A DNA stretch of 64,000 nt, taken from NCBI RefSeq assembly GCF_036321535.1, contig NC_087436.1:101496001-101560000 (forward strand), in the 5' to 3' direction. The notes beneath the pieces were generated by a model. It did not search any database. It was not told the DNA's origin and was given only the letters and a program-made list of their open reading frames with translations. This DNA comes from Camelus dromedarius. Taxonomy: Eukaryota. A program made the translations under genes and the position numbers. Below are positions 13,395 to 25,720 of this stretch, piece after piece. Positions within the stretch are counted from its first letter, which is position 1. Each line of letters opens with the position of its first letter.

Positions 13395-14071
13395 TGCTGC
13401 GTCCAGTGCAGATTGGGACCCTGTCTGAGGACTGGCAACGCAAGACTTAAGAAACCAAAGAGACAAAGTAAAGAGCAAAGATGGGACCAGGGGACTCAAG
13501 ATCTCGTGGATCTAGAGTGCCGAAAGCCTGGTCAACATCGTATTTATTGGAAGTATACAGCTCAGAAAAGAATGTGATCAAAGAAGTGGGGCTTTAGATG
13601 TTCCATGCGATAAGCACTAAGTTCTGCTTGCTGATTAACTGATTAATTTCAGGCCTATCCCTTCCAGGAACAATCACCCTCCTCGGGGTATGCAAAATTT
13701 CTAAGTCTATCCTGTTATTGCCTCAGGAACATCTTGAGATAGCAAATATTTCCCCTGGGTTAAATCGCATGCTTTCAAGCCAGAACAAAGTTCTGTTAAT
13801 GGATGATCTGGCTTTCCAGGACCATCCATTGTTTTACCCTAAGGAAATATCTGCCCTCCTTTGTGCCCTTATGGTCAATCTCAGGATTGCCCCTTAACGA
13901 ATTTTCTTTAACATAATACGTGTTATAGGTCATCTGGTGCGTAAAACATTAAAACAAAGCAAGCAGGTGCATTTTAAGCAAGTAAGTGTGAATATAATAT
14001 TTTAAGCTCATGGAAATTTAGGTGCAGCGTGTTTTCTAGTTGCTTGTTTTCCAGCGGCTTGTTTCCCAGCA
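13395..14071 (-). mobile_element. Solo ERV LTR, probably class II (ERVK/betaretrovirus-like)
   Basis: 677 bp with inverted termini TGCTG...CAGCA; exact 6-bp TSD CTCCCA at 13389-13394 and 14072-14077; minus-strand AATAAA near 13543; several CpGs retained. Confidence 0.8.
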
Positions 14072-14805
14072 CTCCCACATGGTTTCTAAATCCTTCTATT
14101 TCTGCCTTCTCAATTTAGCTTCTAACCACCTAGTCCATAGGTCCTAACAGTACCCAACACATGGCTCTCAGTCTAAGAATAAAGGTTTCTTACTGCTCCC
14201 TGGACATATTATGAGTGAAACCTTTATTATACAGGGTTAGGGTTAGGGTTTTGTGTTCTGGTATCGACTTCCTCCACCCTATTTTCTATGCTATTGTTCA
14301 GTGAATTTCCTGTATAAGAGAATCTGTTCATAACATCCCCCTCTTGATAGCTTTCATTTACTGATTAAATAGTCTGGGTAATAGGAAAATATCTTTTTCA
14401 AATCAATTCAGTATGATACTGATTATGTGGTCAGTAATCTTCTAGACGTTTGCACAAATACCTTGTTTCATTTTCACAATAATCTCATGAAGTAGGTATC
14501 ATTTCTATTGGTTTACAAAAAAGAATGCATTTTTTTTTTGTCAGATATGAGAATCAGTTTTTTTGATGTGATGGTGAAGTATTGTACTTTTAATTCATGG
14601 AATAAAAGTCTTATAACTTTCAACTGATCTGTTTGTCTCTTTTATCCTGAGCACGTCTTTGTCTATACAACTAACTAAACACTGGTATACTGCTGACCTA
14701 GTTACTGAAACTTCATAGTTTAGGAGTACACACAGGTAAGTGGACTGATCACATTGAAAACAGCTACCAGAAAGGCTCAAAATAGCAAACTGACTTTGTT
14801 GTAGA

Positions 14806-15156
14806 TACATAAATTTCCTAAGTTGCCATAACAAAGTACCTCAGACTGGTTGGTTTACACAACAGAAGTATATTTTCTCATAATTCTGGAGGCTAGAAAG
14901 TCTGAGATCAAAATATCTTTAGACCTGGTTTCTTCTGAGGCCTCTCTCCTTGGCTTGGACATGGCCTTCTGCTCCCTGTGTCTCTACGTGGTCTTCCCTC
15001 TGTAGGTGCCTGTGTCCTAATCTTCTCTTCTTGCAAGGACGCCATTCAGATTGGATTAGGGCTTTCCCTGATGATCTCAATTTATCTCCATATATAGGCG
15101 TGTCATGATGTTCTTCAGCATAGAAAGCTTGGGGGAACCCAATTCAGCCCATACCA
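14806..15156 (-). mobile_element. MaLR solo LTR (MLT1B-like)
   Basis: gttgccataacaaagtacc...ttctggaggctagaaagtctgagatcaa...ttggattagggc...caattcagcccatacca. Confidence 0.85.
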
Positions 15157-17100
15157 ACAAACAATGTCGTAGTTAAATACAGATTTAATTATTCCAAGGA
15201 CTAATTTATACACTGAGAGAATCTGGTGAAATGTTCACTCTGAACAAGTTTTTAATATAATCGTTCTATTAAATGGAGATACGCCAGAGAAGATAAATTC
15301 AGAGAGAAAACTGACATAGGAAGAGTTAAATTTATGCCAGGATATATTTTTTTTGTTTTGTACAGAAATATAGTTCCATTTGGCAGAAGATCAAATAAAA
15401 GGGAGAAAACTTAGGATGTTATTTTGCTTTTGTTCATTTATCCATCTGTCTACAAGAACCCTATGACATTGTTTTCCAAATGGAGGCCTACTAATGCCAG
15501 AAACATGATACTTGGACTGAAATTATAAATGCTTAGCCAGTTTCAGTTTAAGAGAAGATAATAGTACTGGAAAATTCCACTTCTTAAATATGGCAAAACC
15601 TAAAATTTTCAGTAATGTTGTTCTATGTATACAGTCTAACCTTTGAATCCTTATTCTGTTGTGCTTCATATAAGTACAGACACACACTTTTTTTTTTGGT
15701 TCATTCACATATTCCCAGTATTACTGAAGCTATTACATGGCATTATGGAACATTACTTTTCATATTAGTTCAATATAGAAAACAAATTAAGGATTTGTTA
15801 GCTGTCCTGTTTTTTCTTATATTTTCTTTAAAATGAATTCATTTGAAAGGAAGTAACACATGTATCTTCCTTAACAAAAATTAAGCATTTTGCTTGATTT
15901 GAGTGATTTATTTATTCAAAATGTCATGCTGTTATATTTATTATTGTATTGTTACATAGACAATTGATATTTTTATTTGACTTTCTTTATATCTGTTCCA
16001 GTATCTAAAAGAATAATGTTTAACAGTAGTATGGTTGCATGATTTGTTTAAACAACAATGTCTGCTGGTAAATTATTGTATCTGTCTATCTACCATCTAC
16101 TGTCTATCCATACATACATTTTCTACACATAAATATATTATGTATGTCTCATTATTTTTATTTAATACTAAAAGGAATATATGTATACATACTAACACAC
16201 ATCTATCTCACAGTGTTTTTATATATGTATATGTTTATACAGCAAATATAAACTATATGTGTATATTTTTAATATATTGAAGTAACCCTAGTTTTCTTCC
16301 TAATTTATATCTATATAGGGAATTAAAAAAAAAATCTACAACTTTATAAAGTACAAATTATGCCACTATCCATACAGTAAACAAAAAAGAGTTACTTATT
16401 TCTATTCATGTGCATATAGTTCGATAAAGTTGAAGTCATTCTGTATGCATACTTGTTTTTCAATTATTATGGTTCTCATGTTGTAACTAAGTATTGCACT
16501 GATGACTAGTGGTATAATATGACTGGAACCTAGCAGAGCATCATTTTCCTTTCTTTTGACCTCATGTGTATAGCATGATACATATGTATATCAATGTCAA
16601 TATCTATATCTATCATTTTTCTGTCTATCTACCTATCTATCCCTAAAAACCCAAGAAAAATGCTTAGATTTAATGAAATTTATTATATTAATGAGAAACC
16701 TTTAGTTTTAGGTAACAAATACTCAACTCAAACTCTAAAACAGTAGCATCTGAAATTCTAGAGAAAAGTGCAATTAAAAGTTGATTTTAATTCAGAGACA
16801 CTGTAATGTCATTACAAATCCAGTTTCTTCCCCTTGCCAGACTGTCAATTTCATCCAGAGACTGAATCTCTTTATGGTGACAAAGTGGCCACTGTATATA
16901 TAATATATATCTAATATATGTATATATATATTAATCCTTATGTCTGTCAACAAAATTATTTCCCCTCATTTCAAATAGTTTTGTCTCAAATATTTTGAAT
17001 AAATAATTGCATCCTAAAATACTTATGGTAGAGATTAGTTCCTCTTAGTAATTTTTCTTAACTTTTTAGGATAAATTGTCAGATATTTATCCTTAAGTTT

Positions 17101-17171
17101 TATTTTTTAATTGACATATAGCTGATTTACAACATTGTGTTAGTTTCTGGTGTACAGCATAGTGATTCAGT

Positions 17172-17216
<45 letters not shown>
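17101..17216 (-). mobile_element. Very short young L1 3' tail ending in (TA)n(CA)n
   Basis: ttaattgacatatagctgatttacaacattgtgttagtttctggtgtacagcatagtgattcag; possible TSD taagttt at 17094-17100 and 17217-17223. Confidence 0.75.
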
Positions 17217-17219
<3 letters not shown>

Positions 17220-17224
17220 GTTTA

Positions 17225-17620
17225 ATAATTGTTATTATTCTAGAGTAAATGTTTGCTTCATGATAGTATAGGTTCTCTGCAGTAACTTTTTAAGGCTATA
17301 TATCATTTTATTTTTTTAATATGAGATTTTGTTGAATTTATTGGGTAGCCGTTGAGATTTTATATGTTTATATATATTTATCTGTATATATGTGTATATA
17401 TATATATATGTCTGTGCAATATAAATTGGTTCCAATACACTCATCTATCCTCACAGTAATGAAATAAAAACAAAATCAAATATGATTATGATGGAGAACT
17501 TTCTACAAACTAACTTGCTGTTCTTTTATTTAAGGATTTTGCATTTCTCTTCGTAAGTGGGATTGGACACTAGTTTCTATTTTTAGCAGTCAATGTCATT
17601 TTTAGGTTTCTCATTTTAGG
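17225..17620 (-). mobile_element. Old L1 ORF2 fragment
   Basis: ttaaggattttgcatttctcttcgtaagtgggattggacactagtttc resembles reverse L1 ORF2. Confidence 0.4.
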
Positions 17621-18039
17621 TTTGTGTTTAAAATGCACTTGTCTGTAATATAATTAAACAAACCACAAAATATACGTAATATATATTATGAATGCAGTAA
17701 CAGATGCAGATAAAATAATATCCAGTTAAAACTCACAAGTCTCATTGTGAAATAAATTTTCCTAATTAATTTGGTCTAACTATTAAATTTGAGAGGAGGT
17801 ACTATCTCTAACCATCAACCCAAAGATAAAATAGAAAGCAGTGATGAGTCAGAAGCTTTCTCTTATCTTAGGTACTATTTAGGCACATAAGATAGGATAT
17901 GATTAGTGTGTGTTTTTGTTACTGCGCCCAAATAATTTGCAAAAGTTAAAGAATACATCATTTTCTTCACTATCATTTGAAGTTTTACTACTTTTTTTAT
18001 CTTCTTTTGGATTTTGCTGGGAGGTGGGATATGTCACAT

Positions 18040-18218
18040 CATGCTGTTTTAGATGTTTCCATGTTATCAGTCTCCAAACTTTTTATAACTCTATCCTTAG
18101 GGAAAATAATAAAATGTTTAAGAGTTTGATTATCCTCACTTTACAAATTAGGCTCATATCTCTAAATGAACTGCTCCAAGATCACACACATAGGATGAGA
18201 TTTAGCTGGAATTAGAAT
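18040..18218 (-). mobile_element. MIR
   Basis: attatcctcactttacaaatt...aaatgaactgctccaagatcacaca...agctggaattagaa. Confidence 0.55.
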
Positions 18219-19149
18219 TGTGATAATTGCTCATGGGCTATGTCACAAGATTGAGTAATGTAGTAAGCAAGTCTACAGAAGATCTTTTGATGCCCAGGGA
18301 TGGAAGGAAACTGTATGTCAGCCTCCACCCAACCCTTTCTGCATACAGAATCTCCTTCCTTGTCCAACCACACTATTTGTATAGTATGGCTATCAGGTAT
18401 ACGATGTTGCCATACAAAAACAGTTTGAGTGCTTGAAAGTGGTAGATCAATATATGCCTCTATTTGTGTGTCTCTTTAAAATTTTAATATGCCAATCATA
18501 TTATAAGATGACAATCTGAATTTGTGTTTTGATTTGATATTTTTATGTCTTTCTTATTTCCTTTTAAGTAAATACATACCATATCTCCAGCAGCCAAAGG
18601 AACAAGCTACCCTTCGTTGAAATCCTTTCTATTCCAGGTTAAGAGTGATGCTGTTTTCTGGGCATTGAAACTGAAATGTTTCTGTCAGCATAATAACTAT
18701 TTCCTTGGGAGGAAAAATTTCTGGATAGTTCTTTTTGAAGATAATGAAATGGAATTTTCCTGTCAAGAGAATATTCCAGAGATATTGCTGTCAGGATAAC
18801 AAGTATGAGATGAGGCTTTAAGCTTATTACTATTTTCTTGTCAGGATATTTTATTGCTGGATTGCATTTTCCTTTGAGGATGATGCAATCAAGATTTGCT
18901 TGACAAATTGATTTTTATTTTATTACAACTATTACATTTCCAAAAGAATAAATGAAGAATGATATATTGATCTATATTTCTAAAAGATTTAAGAACAAAA
19001 TTTACTTGAGTTTATTATATCAGAGAAGCCAGTGGAACAACCCTCCCTCTCTCCCTCCATCACTTTACCAATACCATGCTCCCTTGGTGTAGAAGCCATT
19101 TTATAAGGTCTATTGATGTTCGTATTCTGGACCTGGATATCCTCAGCGT

Positions 19150-19262
19150 TTATATATATGTATATAAACATATATATAAATATATGTATATAAACATATG
19201 TATATATGACTGTCAGTATGCAGCATGTGTGTGTGTGTGCATGTGTGTGTGTATGTGTATGT
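19150..19262. repeat. Compound imperfect (TA)n/(TG)n microsatellite
   Basis: Directly visible dinucleotide runs. Confidence 0.9.
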
Positions 19263-19318
19263 ATCAAGGTTAAAAGCTAACCTTGAAAGTAAGCAATTTT
19301 ATTTCACTGGCATTAGTC

Positions 19319-19676
19319 TGCCTTAGTCCATTCAGGCTGCTATATCAAAATACCAGCCTGGGTAGCTTGAGTAGTTTATAAACAACAGGAAAATATTTCT
19401 TACATTTCTGGAGGCCGAGAAATCCAAGATCATGGTGCCAGCCTGGTTATGTTCTTGTGAAGGCCCTCTCCTGGATTCTGTCTGTGTCCTCTCAAGGTGA
19501 GGGGGTGCCGGGAGCTTTCTGGAGCCTCTTTCCCAAGGCACTAATTCCATTCATGAGGGCTCCACCCTCATGGCTTAAGCATTTCCCAAACACTCTCCCT
19601 CCTAATGTCATCCTCTTTGGGGTTTAGAGTTCCAATATATGAATTTCTAGGAGGACAAAATATTCAGACTATAACC
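19319..19676 (-). mobile_element. MaLR solo LTR (MLT1A0-like)
   Basis: tgccttagtccattcaggctgctat...aaggcactaattccattcatgagggctccaccctcatg...attcagactataacc. Confidence 0.9.
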
Positions 19677-20184
19677 CTGTCCTAAAGCATTTTTCTATCA
19701 ATTTCTTAAATGTTCCTTGATCTATTTTTGTTGTTTGTTTACTCATTAGAGAACAAAATTTAAGAAGAAACAATTTGACTTGGTATCTGTGTTAGCATCA
19801 TATTGACAGTTTCGGTGTATTGTTGATTATTTAAAACATTTCAATTCATTCTGGAACGGGTTCTAAGGATTTCAAGGTGTCAGTTATTTTAAAATCTTGA
19901 ACATCCTTCAGAGTTCTGTTACCGTTGTAAATTGATTTAAAATATATTCAGATTAATAACATTTTGTCAATGATTTTATTTCATTCAAACTATTTTATAC
20001 ATAAAGTTATACTAAATCAGTAACTTTTATTATAAGGAAAAATATCAAGGATACATCAATTAAAAGGATAAAATAAGGACATTTTTAAAACTATCATTTC
20101 TGTTAATAGTCTTAACACAAAGATCTGGCAATTAGAGATTCTGCTTATGACGTTTTTATCATCTGAATTCTCCCTATTTTTCAT

Positions 20185-20290
20185 TCTCTCTCTATCTCTG
20201 TCTCTTTCTGTCTGTGTCTCTCTCTGTCTGTATTTCTTTTTCTCTGTTTATCTGTGTGTCTCTGTCATTCACTCTGTCTAGTCTCTGTTT
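20185..20290. repeat. CT/TCTG-rich low-complexity tract
   Basis: Degenerate (CT)n/(TCTG)n. Confidence 0.8.
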
Positions 20291-20631
20291 CATGGCTACC
20301 ACACACACTTTTGCTTAACCTCTTAAGAAATTGAATGGTTCTTATTAACAAAAACTCAACCTACGCAAGATATGTCCTGGTTCTTAATAGAATTTTGGCA
20401 TTTGCAGTTGCTTTTTCATTATCTCAAGTGTCTAATGTCATATTTTTCTCATCCCACCCCTTCCATGTGCTTGAAGTTAACATCATTTTGTGCTATTGAG
20501 ACTGACTTTTACAAAAAATTCATTATATTACCTGGATATCGAGGTTATAAAGTTTCTTAATTTCTTTTTTAAACTATAATTTGATTTATTTAACAAAAAT
20601 TGGATGTCTAAGACTTGCCTAAGTACTTCCT

Positions 20632-20880
20632 ATTTCTTTCTTTTTTTTCTTTTTAAATTTTTACTGTATAAGTTACAGGTGTACAATATAGTGATTCACA
20701 ATTTTTACAGGTTTTGCTCCATTTATATTATTATTCAACATTGGCTATAGTCCCATTGTACAATATATCCTTATAGCTTCATTTATACCTAATAGTTCAT
20801 TACCCTTTCTCGCCTACCACTACAATACCCTTCTCTCCTTTCCTCTCCCCACTGGTAACCTCTAGTTTGTTCTTTGTGGT
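20632..20880 (-). mobile_element. L1 3' end (cetartiodactyl-type 3' UTR)
   Basis: T-rich tail then aagttacaggtgtacaatatagtgattcacaattttt ... cctctccccactggtaacc. Confidence 0.8.
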
Positions 20881-20980
20881 TCTGCACTTCTTGCTCAGTA
20901 AAGTGTAGTCCTTATATTTGACTCATTTCTCACTCCCTCACACACTGTCTGATTCTTTTCTTTATATAAGCAAAGAGAAA

Positions 20981-21168
20981 GTGATGTAGTGGTGAGAGCA
21001 TTGGTACCTGAGCTAGCTATACTTGGCTTCAAATATAAGTTACAATGAATTCTAGTTATCTCCTCACATAAATTATTTAAATTCCCTGGGCATCAGTTTT
21101 CTTAACTGTAAAACAATAGTAATACATTTTGGCACAGGATAATGGAGAAGATAAAATAAGATGATGTG
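20981..21168 (+). mobile_element. MIR
   Basis: gtgatgtagtggtgagagca...ttatttaaattccctgggcatcagttttcttaactgtaaaa. Confidence 0.65.
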
Positions 21169-21171
21169 CTC

Positions 21172-21360
21172 ATATAGCAGCTTTGTCATTTACTAGCTGA
21201 GTGAACATCAAAAAGTTAATAAGCCTCTCTGGCATCAGGTTCTCCTCTGAAAAATGGGGATTACATAGGTTCTTCCTCAAATAATTGTTGTAATTATTAA
21301 TTGACTTAATATTTGTAATGTACCTAGAACATAAGTGTCTGGCATATATAAGTGATATAT
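21172..21360 (+). mobile_element. MIR (second adjacent copy)
   Basis: cagctttgtcatttactagctgagtgaac...cctctctggcatcaggttctcctctgaaaaatgggg...gtgtctggcatata. Confidence 0.7.
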
Positions 21361-21518
21361 ACCATGTGACTCGGGACATTTGATACCTATGTATAACTCT
21401 GTATTGAAAACTGAGCATGTAGGTTTCATATATTAAGTGTTTAATAGTTGTGCCCTTAGTTTTTTGCCTTCCTTTCCTTGCTTCATTTCTAACTTGCTCT
21501 CTTTCCTTATCTTTCACT

Positions 21519-21576
21519 AGTTTTTCTTGGCCAACTGTTCTGGTTCAGTTTTTCTTGGCCAACAATTCTGGTTCAG
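21519..21576. repeat. 28-bp tandem duplication
   Basis: agtttttcttggccaactgttctggttc / agtttttcttggccaacaattctggttc. Confidence 0.9.
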
Positions 21577-21579
21577 CCT

Positions 21580-23040
21580 AGTGGATGAGGTCCTACACAG
21601 CCATTCCTGGGCCTGCATACTGCAGGATAGACTTCCCTTGTCATTGCTTTCTCATCTTTCCTTCCTTCTTTGCCTCCATTAGTTTACAGGGCACTGTTGT
21701 TGTAACATGTCACATGACACTTTTTGCATATCTGATGATTTCCCCTTGAAATGAGTTTTAATGTCTCAGTGGAAACGGTACTGTCTGTCGATAAATATAC
21801 CCATTGGTACATGTGAACTTTGATATTCCACTGGGCATTTTTTGCCAATTCCACACACTTGTTGGGTAAAGGGTGCTCCTTAAGTAGATCCTGGTTCTGC
21901 TCCCTGAGAGGGTTTCCCAGACTTTTGTTTGCTTAGATGTGAGTTACACACTCTAGAACCTTTTTCTTTTTCTTTTTTTTTAATTGAAAGATGGTTGATG
22001 TACAATAGTATATCAGTTGTAGGTATACAATATAGTGATTCACAGTTATTAAAGTTTATACGTCATTTATAGTTACTATAAAATATTGTTTATAATCCCT
22101 TGTGTTATACAATATATCCTTGTAGCTTATTTTATACAGAATAGTTTGTACCTGTTACTTCCCTACCACTGTAATTGCCCCTTCCCTCTTACCACTGGTA
22201 ACTGTTAGTTTGTTCTCCATATCTGTGAGTCTGCTTCTTTTTTGCTATATTCACTAGTTGTTGTAAGTTTTAGATTCCATATATAAGTGATATCATGCAG
22301 TATTTGTTTTTCTTTTTCTACCCTTCACCCTGGCTAATTCAGAAAAGAGCATTGATATATATGTTCTTTTGGCAGCTGATCAAATCTCATTGCCTCTGGA
22401 AGGTTAGTGTCCTAAAAGTCTTTTTATAAAGTCTGACTTTCAGGCAGTGCAGACTGACAGTACTCTTACTAATAAAGCTCTCTCAAACACATTTTAGGCT
22501 TTCTATGTATTTGATTCCAGTTTGTAGCTACTATCTCTGCAAACAGCTACACCACACATTTTTAAGACGGTCTTTTCTCTTGAGTTGATTACTGATGCTT
22601 TGAACATAGCAAACATCTTTCCCTTATGCTTTCTAGAACCCATTTTCTAACTTGTAAGTTTTTCTAGACCACACAACCATGTTCTTTTCAGAGGTCATAA
22701 CAGTGTTGCAGCCATATTACAGATTTGACCTTTATTCTGAGTCTGTGTCTTATCTGAATTTTCTTTGGCCTTGAGCTGTGTCCTAAACTGAGAATCTTCT
22801 ACTGGCTAGGGAAGTTAGAGGTAAGAAATAGGTTTGTTTCCTAAGTTAGAAAGTCCTAATCCTCTAAATTCTGAATATAAATTCCCTGTTTTGTTTGTTT
22901 GTTTTTTAGGCTCATCTTTTTTTGTAGTAGTAGTAGTAGTTAAATATATGCAAGTAAACACCTCACATTTTCAGTATTTTCCATGGAGATACCCTTGTCC
23001 AAGTCTACAGGTTTTCATTACCTTTCTTGATTTCTGTTTT
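21580..23040 (-). mobile_element. MaLR internal sequence (MLT1-int-like), interrupted by L1
   Basis: Segment near 22950-23040 resembles reverse MLT1-int; similar composition either side of the L1 at 21961-22320; no flanking LTR recognised. Confidence 0.45.
21961..22320 (-). mobile_element. L1 3' end (same 3' UTR type as 20632-20880)
   Basis: Poly-T then taattgaaagatggttgatgtacaatagt ... ttttagattccatatataagtgatatcatgcagtatttg. Confidence 0.85.
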
Positions 23041-23272
23041 ATTATCCCTATCTCTGAAGAAAAAGACAGAAATTCTCCAGCCAGAGGCGTTTTATGACCA
23101 AATGGAAACATGAAGAAATAGCCTGATGAGAATTTACTTATTTTTCTAATAAAATCTTAACATTTTTCTTTTTTAAATAGTCTCTTAATGAAAAAAAGTT
23201 AGGTAACAACAATTAAGCATTAATAAATCAGCAAATAAAAAAATTATTGAAAATAAACCTTGATAAACATTT

Positions 23273-23791
23273 ATTTATTTATTTATTTATTTTTAACATT
23301 TAATTGAGTTATAGTCATTTTACAATGTTGTGTCTAATTCCAGTGTAGAACACAATTTTTCAGTTATACATGAACATACATATATTCATTGTCACATTTT
23401 TTTTTCGCTGTGCTATACAGTGTAATCCTGTTTATCTATTATACATATGCCTGTCAGTTTCTACAAATTTTGAAATCCCATTCTGTTCCTTCCCATCCCC
23501 TGCCCCTTGACAACCAGAAGTTTCTATTCTATGTCTATGAGTCTGTTTCTGGTTTGTATTTATGTTCTTTTTTTTTTGTTTTTCCAGATGCCACGTATGA
23601 GCGATCTCATATGGTATTTTTCTTTCTCTTTCTGGCTTACTTCACTTAGAATGACATTCTCCAAGAACATCCATGTTGCTGCAAATGGCATTATGTTGTT
23701 GGTTTTTATGGCTGAGCAGTATTCCATTGTATAAATATATCACATCTTCTTTATCCAGTCATCTGTTGATGGACATTTAGACCATTTCCAT
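23273..23791 (-). mobile_element. Young 5'-truncated L1
   Basis: (ATTT)n tail, 3' UTR and ORF2 end (catccatgttgctgcaaatggcatt); TSD cttgataaacattt (23259-23272) / cttgataaaccttt (23792-23805) next to a TTTT/AA-type endonuclease site. Confidence 0.9.
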
Positions 23792-25205
23792 CTTGATAAA
23801 CCTTTTAAATACAGTTTTATTTAATGACACAATACTGAGGTGTTTACATATTTTCTTAGGTGTATCTTATAGTAATAATATAATTTAATTTATATAAATG
23901 TGTAAAACATGAAATGTATGACTTTAGTTTTGAGTTTACAGTAAAGGGAAGAAGTTAATATAATTAATATTGTATGATCTAAAGACATAGTAGGAACTAA
24001 TACATCCTGTAGTTTTTTTGAGTGTGAATTTGCATGAGAGGGAATTCTTTGATGATACTTATCTTTAAGACCTCATACTCAGATACTGAGTGTCTGTCAC
24101 ATAATGGGCATTATTTACATGTTTTAAAATTAGATGAATGTAAAACTCCTTAGCTGCGCAATCAACTAATGATGACTCTACTGAGCCCAGGCCACAGGGG
24201 TTTCCAGTATTTTCTCCTTTAGTCAAGCTTCTAAGAGAATAGACACAGGTGATGGAGGTTCCTTCTAATTTTCTATAAACAGACACTAAGTCATAAAATG
24301 ACTCCTGCCAGAAAGTTACAAACAATACGGAAACAGCAAGGCTGTGTGAAAGTAGATCATTCTGATCCAGTTTCCTCAATTTGTAAATTTTTCTTTTAAG
24401 GTGAATTTTGAGCAACTGCTTTTTTAACACTTCTAAACAAAATTTAGCTTAGATATAAGTCTTATGCAATGTCTTTGAATTCTGACCAAAAGACGTAACT
24501 TGCCTCAGGGCTTGGTAGGAGTCATTAGGATATCAGTGTGCTTCATTTCATTAGCTTCTGGTTAGTCAGGGATAGGCTAGGTTGACTTGATTTACATGTT
24601 AAAACTGTGCAGGGTTCTTTTTATTTTCTTCACTGTGCACACTAGAAATTGTAAAGGCATAAAAGCTATGCTTAAGTGATTTCAGATTAAAACAAAGTAG
24701 TTTGGGCACTCAAGCTTTAATCAAAGGCTCAGTCTCCACATATATATGTTCAAAATTTCAAAGTGATATTTATCAAATAAAGAAATGGTAATGTCCTTAC
24801 TAACAGCTATGTAACCTGCAGTTTGTATGCTATATAGCATTTAATTATTTTTGAGCTGAGAGTTGTACTACAAACACAAATCTATTTCTATAAACACAGC
24901 CTTCTTCAAAAGCACTGGTCCACTCACCATGCCTGTACACCCCAAACCCAGCACAGAGAAGAGAGTAATGGGTGGAATACATAGACATACAAGGAAAAAG
25001 AAAGTGGTCATGATCCTTGCCATAAAGGAGATTAAAAGCTGGTTGAATTGGGGTGCAGTACTTTTTATCAATAGGATAATTAAAGATGTGGAAATATTTG
25101 ATTGATAGTGAGCAATAATTTTTATCAGAATATCAATGGAAATTAAGAAATTTTCTAATTGAAATACAAAATAGAAAATTTCTACGAAGTGATTTACCCC
25201 AATTT

Positions 25206-25280
25206 CTTTCTTTTTTAACATATATATATTTGGGGAGGAGGGTGGAGGTAGTTAGGTTTTTATTTATTTATCAGAGGTAC
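25206..25280 (-). mobile_element. 5'-truncated vic-1-type SINE (3' part only)
   Basis: ggaggtagttaggtttttatttatttatcagaggtac is the reverse complement of the tail of the SINEs at 50294 and 52633; approximate TSD taccccaattt / taccctccaattt. Confidence 0.7.
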
Positions 25281-25409
25281 TACCCTCCAATTTGTTTCAG
25301 TTGGGATTAAAAGTGATAGAAATAGATATTTCAAGCAGAAATGCAGAAAGCTTGTTGTAGAAAGCTTTATACGTACAATCACGTACCTATCTCAGTTGCC
25401 AGAACTGGT

Positions 25410-25720
25410 CAGGAGGGACACCTAAGTGACTCATGAATAAAACCTAAGGAGTGTGACTGTATCGAGGAAATGTATCCCAGGCAAAAAGAAAAACAAGTAT
25501 CAGGATTTTAAAATCCAGCGTGGCTGGCATGTTCCAGGAAGAAGCAGCCAGCACGGCCCTTGCAGAGGGCATATGAGGTAAGTTTGGGGCGAAGGCAGTG
25601 GGGGGAAGGATTTGTAAGACTCATTATGAAACCTCATTCCTAATCCAATCCTTTGGTCAATAAAATATTTGAATAGGTAAAAATTAGGTGACGCTTATAT
25701 TAAAGCTATCACTCCAGGCT
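25410..25720 (-). mobile_element. L2 fragment
   Basis: tcccaggcaaaaagaaaaacaagt...ggctggcatgttccaggaagaagcagccagc...taaagctatcactccaggct. Confidence 0.6.

Noticed and set aside
14233..14250. agggttagggttagggtt telomere-like repeat
   Set aside because: Only about three units with no TSD or other support; too short to call an interstitial telomeric insertion.
18989..19273. ORFs on both strands rich in HT/YI/CV repeats
   Set aside because: Artefacts of the (TA)n/(TG)n microsatellite.
1425..21576. Several short direct repeats (1425, 7212, 12915, 21519) considered as an array or CRISPR-like system
   Set aside because: Unrelated two-copy slippage duplications with no spacers or shared unit, in mammalian DNA.
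24065..25221. Longest ORFs in the track (121 and 117 aa)
   Set aside because: No recognisable domain or splice context; lengths compatible with chance in 64 kb.
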